NCBI GenBank assembly: GCA_036001185.1 | Contig: DASYUP010000440.1 | Span: 1 to 33,099 of the forward strand | Direction: 5' to 3' | DNA: 33,099 bases | Source: Thermoanaerobaculia bacterium | GTDB taxonomy: Bacteria > Acidobacteriota > Thermoanaerobaculia > Multivoradales > JAIOJS01 | Shown: piece after piece, positions 1-6,794 of the stretch | How positions within the stretch are numbered: the stretch's first letter is position 1 | Layout: every line of letters begins with the position of its first letter | Made by a program: the position numbers and the translations under genes | The notes under the pieces: model-generated | The model's input: the letters and a program-made list of their open reading frames with translations, nothing else | Told to the model about the DNA's origin: nothing | Database searches by the model: none

Positions 1-1156
1 TGAAAGCGAGCACCTGCGGGTCGAGCCGCACTTCCCCGGCCGCCACCAGGAACGGCGCCAGGATGCTCTCGCTCTCGCCGCCGAGCAAGGGCAGCAGCCG
101 CAGCCCGCCAGCCGCCAGCAGCACCCCCAGGGCGCCGCCCGCCGCCGCCAGCAGGAAGCTCTCGGCAAAGAGCTGACGCGCCAGCCGCAGGCGACCCGCG
201 CCCAGGGCTCCGCGCAGCGCCAGCTCCTGCCGTCGCTGCGCCGCCCGTGCCAGCTGCAGGTGGGCGAGGTTGGCGCAGCCGACCAGGAGCACCGCGCCTA
301 CCGCCCCCAGCAGCAGCCAGAGCGTCGGTCGGCGGCCGCCCACCACCTGCTCGCGCAGCGGCACCGGCTCGAGGCCGAGGTCGCGATCGAAGTAGGGCTC
401 GTCGTGCGCCAGCCGGGCGGCGATCGCCGCCAGCTCGGCCTGCACGGCGGCGGGCGCGACGCCCGCCGCGCGCCGTGCGACCACGCCGAGGTACTTGGCG
501 CCGCGGGCGTACATTCGCGAGCGCGGTCCGCTGCCGGCGGGGTCGAGCAACGTCGGCATCCAGACGTCGACCCGCGCGTTGCCGAAGCGGAACGCCGCCG
601 GCAGCACGCCCACCACCGTGCAGGGCTTGCCGTCGAGGCGCAGCGTGCTGCCGATCAACCGGCGGTCGAGGCCGAAGCGGCTCCACAGCCGGTGGCTGAC
701 GAGCACCTCTGCGCCCGCCGCCGCCGCCCGCTCGTCGAGCGAGAGGGTGCGCCCGGCCGCCGCCCGCACGCCGAGGACCCGGAAGAGGTTGGTGGTGGCG
801 ACCCCGTAGAGCACCTCGAACGGGTCGCCGGCGCCGGTGATCGCCGCTCGCGACTGGTCGGACGACGTCCAGGCCGCCACGTCGGCGAGCGTGCGGGTCT
901 GCGCGCGCAGGTCGGCGAAGTCGGGATAGGAGAGCGGCAGCCGGGGAAAGGGCGACCCCGGCTGCTTACCCCAGATGACCACCAGCCGCTCGGCGGCGCG
1001 GAAGGGCAGAGGACGCAGCAGCACGGCGCGCACGGCGCTGAACACGGCGGTGTTGGCGCCGATGGCGAGCGCCAGCGTGAGCACCGCGGCGGCGGTGACA
1101 CCCGGCGTGCGGCGCAGCTGACGGGCGGCGAAGCGGAGCTCGTGGATGGCGCTCAT
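1..1156 (-). CDS. MacB/FtsX-type ABC transporter permease, ADOP-like (acidobacterial duplicated orphan permease); only the N-terminal ~385 aa, gene runs off the left edge
   Basis: Absent from the ORF track because no stop lies in the window. The reverse complement from the ATG (cat at 1154-1156) reads MSAIHELRFAARQLRRTPGVTAAAVLTLALAIGANTAVFSAVRAVLLRPLPF..., the canonical N-terminus and TM1 of MacB-like permeases. It stays open to the window edge and reaches a second TM (LWLLLGAVGAVLLVGCANLA). Third codon positions are G/C-dominated. Confidence 0.8.
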   Translation of the reverse strand, partial: MSAIHELRFAARQLRRTPGVTAAAVLTLALAIGANTAVFSAVRAVLLRPLPFRAAERLVVIWGKQPGSPFPRLPLSYPDFADLRAQTRTLADVAAWTSSDQSRAAITGAGDPFEVLYGVATTNLFRVLGVRAAAGRTLSLDERAAAAGAEVLVSHRLWSRFGLDRRLIGSTLRLDGKPCTVVGVLPAAFRFGNARVDVWMPTLLDPAGSGPRSRMYARGAKYLGVVARRAAGVAPAAVQAELAAIAARLAHDEPYFDRDLGLEPVPLREQVVGGRRPTLWLLLGAVGAVLLVGCANLAHLQLARAAQRRQELALRGALGAGRLRLARQLFAESFLLAAAGGALGVLLAAGGLRLLPLLGGESESILAPFLVAAGEVRLDPQVLAF

Positions 1157-1171
1157 GCGGGTTAGGACGCA

Positions 1172-1189
1172 CAGCAGCGCCTGTGCCAG
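1172..1189 (-). promoter_or_regulatory. Possible sigma-54 type -24/-12 promoter upstream of the ADOP permease
   Basis: The minus strand reads CTGGCACaggcgCTGCTg (consensus TGGCAC-N5-TTGC) and ends about 16 nt before the ATG at 1156. No Shine-Dalgarno sequence lies between them. This is a single motif match only. Confidence 0.2.
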
Positions 1190-1304
1190 CGCGCGCCTTG
1201 GGGCCAAGCTACTACAAATGCAAGACTTGTCCAGCGAGAGCCGCAAGTCCATGCGTGCGGCGCTGGGATCGGCGCGGCAAAAGCGGACAGCGGCTTGCGC
1301 CGTC

Positions 1305-1862
1305 TTAGGGAGTCCCGCTCTCCGCCCGCCGGTCGTAGCGCTGATCGAAGCGGCTGCCCTGCGCCAGCTCCTTGAGGGCCGCGATCAGCTCGTCCCCCTT
1401 GGCGAAGACGCACTCGCCGCCGTGCTCCTGGTCCACCGTGGCGCCGTGACGCTTCGCCAGCTCCGCGGTGTCGTTGCACGACGGCGCCCACTCCTCGAAA
1501 GCCGCCCCGTCGACACGCACGACGCCATACGTCCAGTTGTCGAGCTGGTCGTCGTTGATGCTGCGCATGGCGAAGGCGTAGGCCGGCTTGCCGTTGACGT
1601 CGCCGAGAGGGGTGAAGAGCATCTTCGCGTCATCGGCGGCATCGGCCTCGCCGATCCCGTGCACGCGGTAGAAGCCGCCAGCGATGCTGGTGAGCCGCTG
1701 GCTGTCCTGGCCGTCGGTCCGCGACCACACCCCGTCGGCGAACGGACGGGCGGCGTGCGCCGGGTCGAGCAGCAGCTCCTTCGACTCCCAGCAGCCGGCC
1801 AGCAGCAGGGCTGCCAGGGTGGGGAGCGCCAGCGCGAAGAGCCGCGGCAGCGGTGATCTCAT
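1305..1862 (-). CDS. Hypothetical lipoprotein (185 aa)
   Basis: ORF-track entry. Signal peptide with lipobox: MRSPLPRLFALALPTLAALLLAG|C. G/C-rich third positions. No family recognised. Confidence 0.7.
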   Translation of the reverse strand: MRSPLPRLFALALPTLAALLLAGCWESKELLLDPAHAARPFADGVWSRTDGQDSQRLTSIAGGFYRVHGIGEADAADDAKMLFTPLGDVNGKPAYAFAMRSINDDQLDNWTYGVVRVDGAAFEEWAPSCNDTAELAKRHGATVDQEHGGECVFAKGDELIAALKELAQGSRFDQRYDRRAESGTP

Positions 1863-1890
1863 GGCCGCTCTGCTAAGTATCTGACCAGAA

Positions 1891-1966
1891 TGGTGCCCGG
1901 GGGCGGAATTGAACCACCGACACCACGATTTTCAGTCGTGTGCTCTACCTACTGAGCTACCCGGGC
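1891..1966 (-). tRNA. tRNA-Phe (anticodon GAA), CCA encoded
   Basis: The reverse complement is GCCCGGGTAGCTCAGTAGGTAGAGCACACGACTGAAAATCGTGGTGTCGGTGGTTCAATTCCGCCCCCGGGCACCA. Acceptor stem GCCCGGG/CCCGGGC. D-arm AGCTCAGTAGGTAGAGC. Anticodon stem CACGA/TCGTG with loop CTGAAAA (GAA). T-arm GGTGG-TTCAATT-CCGCC. Discriminator A followed by CCA. Confidence 0.95.
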
Positions 1967-2015
1967 AGGTTGGGGACCGGCGGCACGGTGCACCGGGGCC
2001 GGCCCCGAGCGGCGA

Positions 2016-2044
2016 AGTTTCCAGCAGGGTAGCGGCAAAGTCAA
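2016..2044 (-). promoter_or_regulatory. Possible sigma-70-like promoter for tRNA-Phe
   Basis: The minus strand reads TTGACT-17 nt-GAAACT about 40-50 nt upstream of the tRNA 5' end. The -35 is good and the -10 is weak. Confidence 0.25.
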
Positions 2045-2090
2045 GGCGGCCGGCCCGGGCGCGCGCTCGACCCCGTGGCAGACTCCATCC

Positions 2091-2462
2091 ATGGCGGAAG
2101 CCCCGTTCGAGCGCCTGCGCCGGCTCTGCCTCGCCCTGCCCGAGGTCACCGAGCGGCTGAGCCACGGCGAGCCGACCTGGTTCGCCGGCAAGCGGGTGTT
2201 CGTCAACTTCGCCGACCACCACCACGACGAGAAGCTGGCGTTCTGGTGCGCGGCGCCCGAGGGGGCGCAGGCGGCGCTAGTCGCCGCCGACCCGCAGCGC
2301 TTCTTCCGGCCGCCCTATGTCGGTCACCGCGGCTGGCTGGGAGTGCGGCTCGAGGGGTCGCCCGACTGGGACCTCGTCGCCGATCTGGTGGAGGATGCCT
2401 ACCGGGTGGTGGCGCCAGCGCGGCTGGTGCGCGCCCTCGACGCCGGCGGCGCCCCGGGCTGA
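2091..2462 (+). CDS. MmcQ/YjbR-family protein (123 aa)
   Basis: MAEAPFERLRRLCLALPEVTERLSHGEPTWFAGKRVFVNFADHHHD...PPYVGHRGWLGVRL matches the YjbR-type pattern (LP.v.E....g.p.f...gK.Fa; yvg..GWv.v.l) as I remember it. Confidence 0.75.
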   Translation: MAEAPFERLRRLCLALPEVTERLSHGEPTWFAGKRVFVNFADHHHDEKLAFWCAAPEGAQAALVAADPQRFFRPPYVGHRGWLGVRLEGSPDWDLVADLVEDAYRVVAPARLVRALDAGGAPG

Positions 2463-2497
2463 AGGCCGCTCGGCCGCTCTGACGGGAGTGGGCGATC

Positions 2498-2764
2498 TCA
2501 ACGCCGAGATCGACCGGCGCCGCCGACGCGCAGCAGGCAGCGCACGCCCCCCTCGCGCTCCTCCATCGCCAGCACCTCGTGCCCCTCGCGCGCGCACCAG
2601 GCGGCGAGGTCGAGCCGCATCAGGGGATCGTCGCCGAGCACTTCGAGCAGCGCCCCCGGCGCCAGGCGGCGCACCCGCCGCTCGGTGCGCAGCACCGGCA
2701 CCGGGCAGAGCGTGCCCCTGACGTCGAGGCGCTGCGGTGTGGCGTTGGCCGGCGCGTCGGACAT
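2498..2764 (-). CDS. TusA/SirA-like sulfur-carrier protein (~88 aa)
   Basis: The active-site motif LDVRGTLCPVPVLRT (CPxP) is followed by the typical LEVLGDDP segment. I prefer the ATG at 2764; an alternative GTG lies at 2770. Confidence 0.8.
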   Translation of the reverse strand: MSDAPANATPQRLDVRGTLCPVPVLRTERRVRRLAPGALLEVLGDDPLMRLDLAAWCAREGHEVLAMEEREGGVRCLLRVGGAGRSRR

Positions 2765-2875
2765 CCGCACATCACTCTAATAGGATCGCCAGGAGCGACT
2801 CCGCAAGAATCGAGAAGCCGTCGCGGCCGTTGCCGCGCTAGCGTGGCCTGCGCACCCATAAGGGAGGAGGGAGCC

Positions 2876-3445
2876 ATGAAGACAGTCGTCCTCGCCGCCC
2901 TCGCCGGCGGCCTCGTCATGTTCCTCACCGAGTCGGTCACCCACATGATGACGCCGCTCGGCGAGGCTGGGATCCGCAATCTGCCCAACGAAGATGCGGT
3001 GCTGCCCGCCTTGCGCGCCAACGTGCACGAGCCCGGTTTCTACATGTTCCCCGGCATGGACGCGCAAGCGAAGACGCCGGAGGGGCAAAAGGCATGGCTG
3101 CAGCGCTACGTCGCCGGGCCCACCGGGCTGCTCATCTATCACCCGCACGGCGAGCAGCCGATGACGCCGCGGATGCTCGGCATCGAGCTGCTCACCGACA
3201 TCCTGGCGGTCCTGATGGCAGCCTGGGTCGCCACCCACGGCGCCACCTACTGGCGCCGCGTCGCCATCGTCGCCTCCTTCGGCCTCGCCGCCTGGTTCTC
3301 GATCGAGGTGAGCTACTGGGACTGGTACGGCTTCCCGGCGGCGTACACCCTGGCGCAGCTCGTCGACCAGGTGGCGAGCTTCGCGCTCGCCGGGCTAGTG
3401 GTGGCGAAGATCGTGCGGCCGCGGGCGATGGCGGCTGCGGCCTAG
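2876..3445 (+). CDS. Hypothetical 4-TM membrane protein (189 aa)
   Basis: The internal ATG at 2876 is preceded by AAGGGAGGAGGGAGCC (strong SD). Four hydrophobic segments. The upstream part of ORF 2579..3445 is Arg/Ala/Pro junk antisense to the TusA-like gene. Confidence 0.7.
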   Translation: MKTVVLAALAGGLVMFLTESVTHMMTPLGEAGIRNLPNEDAVLPALRANVHEPGFYMFPGMDAQAKTPEGQKAWLQRYVAGPTGLLIYHPHGEQPMTPRMLGIELLTDILAVLMAAWVATHGATYWRRVAIVASFGLAAWFSIEVSYWDWYGFPAAYTLAQLVDQVASFALAGLVVAKIVRPRAMAAAA

Positions 3446-3448
3446 GTA

Positions 3449-3547
3449 CTTGCCCCCGAGAGGGCGACCTCGTCATTGCGGAGCGGAGCGACGAAGCAAT
3501 CTCGCCGCCGCAACGTCGAGATCGCTTCGCTGCGCTCGCGATGACGA
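3449..3547. repeat. REP/MITE-like palindromic element, copy 1
   Basis: The core at 3466-3547 (gacctcgtcattgcggagcggagcgacgaagcaatctcgccgccgcaacgtcgagatcgcttcgctgcgctcgcgatgacga) is nearly identical to 24889-24971. The two arms are imperfect inverted repeats (gtcattgcg...aatctcg / cgagatcgc...cgatgac). It lies between convergent genes and starts 3 nt after the stop at 3445. Confidence 0.85.
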
Positions 3548-3568
3548 GGGCGCGCGGCTGATGCCGGC

Positions 3569-5935
3569 CTACACCGGCGTCGCCCGTCGCCGGCGCCGGT
3601 AGTCGAGGCCCGCCAGCCCGACGGCCAGCACCGCCCCAAGCCCGGCGAGGGCGAGGCCCCACGTCCACCCTGCCGGCCGGTAGTCGACCACGGCGCGCCG
3701 CGCCCTCGGCGGCGCGTCAAAGCCCAGGAAGCCACCGTTGACGCGCCGCGGCCTCACCGCCCGGCCGTCGACGTCGATGCGCCAGCCACTCATGAAGCTG
3801 ACGCTCGACACCACCAGCGCTCCGCTCGGGGTGGCGAGGTCGAGCACGAAGCCATTGGGCGTCACCCGCCGCAGCCGCGCGCCGCCCCGCTGCTCGCGCG
3901 GCGAGGTCGGGTCACCCTCGGCCACGGCGAGGGCGCGGAAGTCGCGGATGGCCGCCGCCCGGGCAACCGCCTCGCCACGGCCGCGCTCGATCTCGACGCT
4001 CGCGGGGACGAAGAAGAGCGGCAGCGCCGCGGGGTTCTCCCACATCTGTCCGCCGGCGTGGCGCCACACTCGCTGCCAGGGAAGCGGCAGCTTCCAGCGT
4101 GGCGGCGCCAGGAAGTAGCGCACCCCCAGGTAGTCGAGCAGCGGGCGGGCCGCGGCGTCGCCGCCACGGGCGCGCACGCCGATGCCCTCGTGCTCGAGGC
4201 GGATCAGGCCCCCCACCCCGTTGACGCTGGGGTAGCCCCACACCTGGTCGATGAGGGCCACGGTCGCCGCCGGCACGATGGGGTCGTTCGGGCGCGGGTC
4301 CCAGATGCCGTAGATCGCCGCCAGGTTGGGGTTGAGCGAGCCGCCGGCGCCGAGCACGCGGAAGGGGCCCGCCTTCGTGCTGCCGGCACCCGCGCCCGCG
4401 GCGAGCAGGGGTCGCAGCACCGGCGGCGGCGCGAGGTCGAAGCGCGGCGACACCCAGGCGTTGTAGCGCACGCCGAGGAGCGCCAGGTCGGCGAGCACGA
4501 CGCCGACGGCCACCCAGGCAAAGGCAGGGCGCGCCCGCGGGATCAGCAGCGTGGCGAGCGCCACTGCTCCACCCCCGAGCGTGGCGATCCACCAGGCCCG
4601 TTCCCAGCGCAGGTCCGGTGGCGGCACCAGCGCCAGCGCCGCGGCCGCGGCGACGAGCGTCGCCACGAGCGCCCAGCGACCCCGCGCGCGCCGGGGCAGC
4701 TCGTCGACGGCGAGCGCCGCGGCGACGGCGAGCGCAAAGCACCAGAGCAACCGATAGCGCACCGGCAACGCCAGACTGACGACCGGCAGTCTCGCCGCCG
4801 CAGGCGAGATGCCGGGGACACCCAACGCCACCGCCAGCGCCAAGGCACCACCGAGCACGATCCACCCGCGCCGCCGGTCGGCGACGCCGGCGAGCGCCAG
4901 CGCCAGCGGCACCAGGCCCACCCAGGCGGTCGATATCTCGTGGAAGTTGGCTCCGGCCCGCGTCCAGATGCCGTCGCGCGGGCTGCCGTAAACGAGGGGA
5001 TCGACCACCACCCGCAGGTCGGCCGGCACCCACGGCGGCGTCAGGATGGTCCCCTTCACCGCCTGCCAGCGCGCGGTCTCGGGCAGCACCTGCACGAAGG
5101 GAAGCAGCACCGGCGCCGCCAGCAGCCCGGTGAGCACCGCGGCCGCGCCGAGCACGCCGAGGAAGCGCCACCGCGGCCGCGGCCCGCGCTGCAGCAGCAG
5201 CGCACCGGCCACGCAGCCAGCGAGCACCGCCGCATGGGCGATCGTCTCCGGATGCCCGGAGAGGGCGAGCGCCAGGGCGCAGGCGACGAGGCCGGCGAGG
5301 CCGCCGCGCTCGCCGCGCCACAGGGCGAGGATTCCCAGCACGACGCCGGGCAGGAAGCTCGCCGCCATGCCGAGCGGGTAGAGGGCGAAGGAGACGAGGA
5401 ACGGGCAGAGTGCGAAGGCGACCGCGCCGAGCACCGCCGCCGCCGTGCCGGCACCGAGTGCCCGCAGCAGGGCGTCCATGAGCAGCAGACAGAGCAGCAT
5501 CTGCCAGGCGGCGGCGAGGGTGATGGCGCGCACCGGCGGCAGCGGCAGCGCCATGAGGTGGAGCGGCGCGAAGGGCGCCGACTGGGCGTTGCCGAGCAGC
5601 GGCTGGCCGGTGAACAGCGAGTGCGCCCACAGCGGCGCCTCGCCGCGCAGCAGCCGCTCGCGCACCAGCGTGCGGAAGGGCACCATCTGGAAGATGACGT
5701 CGCCGAGCAGCCCGTTGCCGGCCACCACCGGCTGCGTCTGGGTGTCCGACCAGGGGTGGTAGAAGTAGGCCGAGTCGACCGGCACCTGCACGCCGCGGGT
5801 GGCGAGGCCGGGCGACCAGAAGAGGCCGGCGAGCGCGAGGTAGCCGATGGCGACCCAGCGCGGTACCGCCCCTCGCCACCAGCGCACCAGCACGACGAGG
5901 GCGAAGCCGCCGAGGAGGAAGAGCAACAGGTCCAT
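3569..5935 (-). CDS. YfhO-like polytopic membrane protein (788 aa), paralogue 1
   Basis: Many TM segments over the first ~500 aa, then a beta-rich extracytoplasmic region and a terminal TM. The loop FQMVPFRTLVRERLLRGEAPLWAHSLFTGQPLLGNAQSAPFAPLHL resembles the conserved PLWnP...G.Pl.an.Qsa.f.P loop of YfhO-family proteins as I remember it. It aligns over its full length with 6772..9156. Confidence 0.7.
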   Translation of the reverse strand: MDLLLFLLGGFALVVLVRWWRGAVPRWVAIGYLALAGLFWSPGLATRGVQVPVDSAYFYHPWSDTQTQPVVAGNGLLGDVIFQMVPFRTLVRERLLRGEAPLWAHSLFTGQPLLGNAQSAPFAPLHLMALPLPPVRAITLAAAWQMLLCLLLMDALLRALGAGTAAAVLGAVAFALCPFLVSFALYPLGMAASFLPGVVLGILALWRGERGGLAGLVACALALALSGHPETIAHAAVLAGCVAGALLLQRGPRPRWRFLGVLGAAAVLTGLLAAPVLLPFVQVLPETARWQAVKGTILTPPWVPADLRVVVDPLVYGSPRDGIWTRAGANFHEISTAWVGLVPLALALAGVADRRRGWIVLGGALALAVALGVPGISPAAARLPVVSLALPVRYRLLWCFALAVAAALAVDELPRRARGRWALVATLVAAAAALALVPPPDLRWERAWWIATLGGGAVALATLLIPRARPAFAWVAVGVVLADLALLGVRYNAWVSPRFDLAPPPVLRPLLAAGAGAGSTKAGPFRVLGAGGSLNPNLAAIYGIWDPRPNDPIVPAATVALIDQVWGYPSVNGVGGLIRLEHEGIGVRARGGDAAARPLLDYLGVRYFLAPPRWKLPLPWQRVWRHAGGQMWENPAALPLFFVPASVEIERGRGEAVARAAAIRDFRALAVAEGDPTSPREQRGGARLRRVTPNGFVLDLATPSGALVVSSVSFMSGWRIDVDGRAVRPRRVNGGFLGFDAPPRARRAVVDYRPAGWTWGLALAGLGAVLAVGLAGLDYRRRRRATPV

Positions 5936-5975
5936 GCGGCGTGCGGGGCGGCACTGTACCAGCTACAATGTCCAT

Positions 5976-6794
5976 GTGCCCCCCAGGCCTCGCCGTCTCG
6001 CCGCGGTGTGCTGCGCCCCGGCGGCGCTCGTCCTCGCGCTGCTCGCCTCCCCCGCGGCCGCCTGGAACCCGACCACCCAGGTGGCGATCGCCCGCACCGG
6101 CGCGCACATAGCGCCGCCCGATCTGGCGCGGCAGATCGAGAAGCGCACCGACCGCTTCCGCGAAGGGGTGCTCGCCCCGTTCTCCGAGGGCATGCCGGAG
6201 CGCCACTACCGCAACCGCGACCGCGGGGTGCTCGACAAGACGCTCGCCGACGAGGTGGCCGGTGCCATCGCCGCCCTGCGCCGCCCGGCGCCTTTCGACG
6301 AGATCGTCTACCGCCTGGGCCGCGTCGCCCACTGGGTGGCCGACGCCAACAACCCGCTGAATGCGGCGGGCGACGACCCCGCCGAGGGGCGCTACTTCAC
6401 CGACTGGCTGCGCTACGCCGACAGCGCGCGGCCACGCTTCGCGCCGGTCTTCTACGCCGGCGAGCCGGTGGTGGACAGCGCGCGCGACCTGCGCTCGCTC
6501 GTCGGCCGCACGCTGCGGCGTGGCCGCGAGCTCTACCCGCTGGTGGGCGACGAGTACCGGCGCATCGACTTCAGCGCCGGCGCCGACGGCTTCGACGACC
6601 GCTCGACGGCCTTCGGCGTCGCCGCGGTGTCGTTCAGCCACGCCGTCTCCGACCTGGCGCAGGTGCTGCGCTACGTGTGGATCGCCGGCGGCGGCGCCGA
6701 CCCGCGCACGCAGCTGTGGGCGTCGCCGCCCGAGCTGCTGCTGCTGCCCAGCAGTCAGAGCGCCGGCCCGCTCACCGGGGCGCCGCAGCGCTGA
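5976..6794 (+). CDS. Secreted protein with degenerate S1-P1 nuclease / zinc phospholipase C-like motifs (272 aa)
   Basis: Signal peptide VPPRPRRLAAVCCAPAALVLALLASPAAA|W. The mature N-terminus WNPTTQVAIA compares with W-x4-H-x2-(I/V)-A of the fold, and AHWVADANNPLNA compares with H-F-x-G-D-x3-P-L-H. The start is uncertain: GTG at 5976 (a TACAAT box ends 6 nt upstream) or ATG at 5934. Confidence 0.55.
   Translation: MPPRPRRLAAVCCAPAALVLALLASPAAAWNPTTQVAIARTGAHIAPPDLARQIEKRTDRFREGVLAPFSEGMPERHYRNRDRGVLDKTLADEVAGAIAALRRPAPFDEIVYRLGRVAHWVADANNPLNAAGDDPAEGRYFTDWLRYADSARPRFAPVFYAGEPVVDSARDLRSLVGRTLRRGRELYPLVGDEYRRIDFSAGADGFDDRSTAFGVAAVSFSHAVSDLAQVLRYVWIAGGGADPRTQLWASPPELLLLPSSQSAGPLTGAPQR

Noticed and set aside
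1891-3445. The tRNA-Phe as an integration site of a genomic island.
   Set aside because: I detected no integrase, no direct repeat of the tRNA 3' end, and no compositional shift. The flanking genes are small housekeeping-type genes.
3094-3561. ORFs whose C-termini read ...ERSDEAISPPQRRDRFAALAMTRARG (and ...SDEAISTPPGRDRFAALAMT... near 24900-24970), as a possible conserved small protein.
   Set aside because: The conserved peptide is the translation of the palindromic REP-like element. The ORFs upstream of it are out of frame with real genes and are low complexity.
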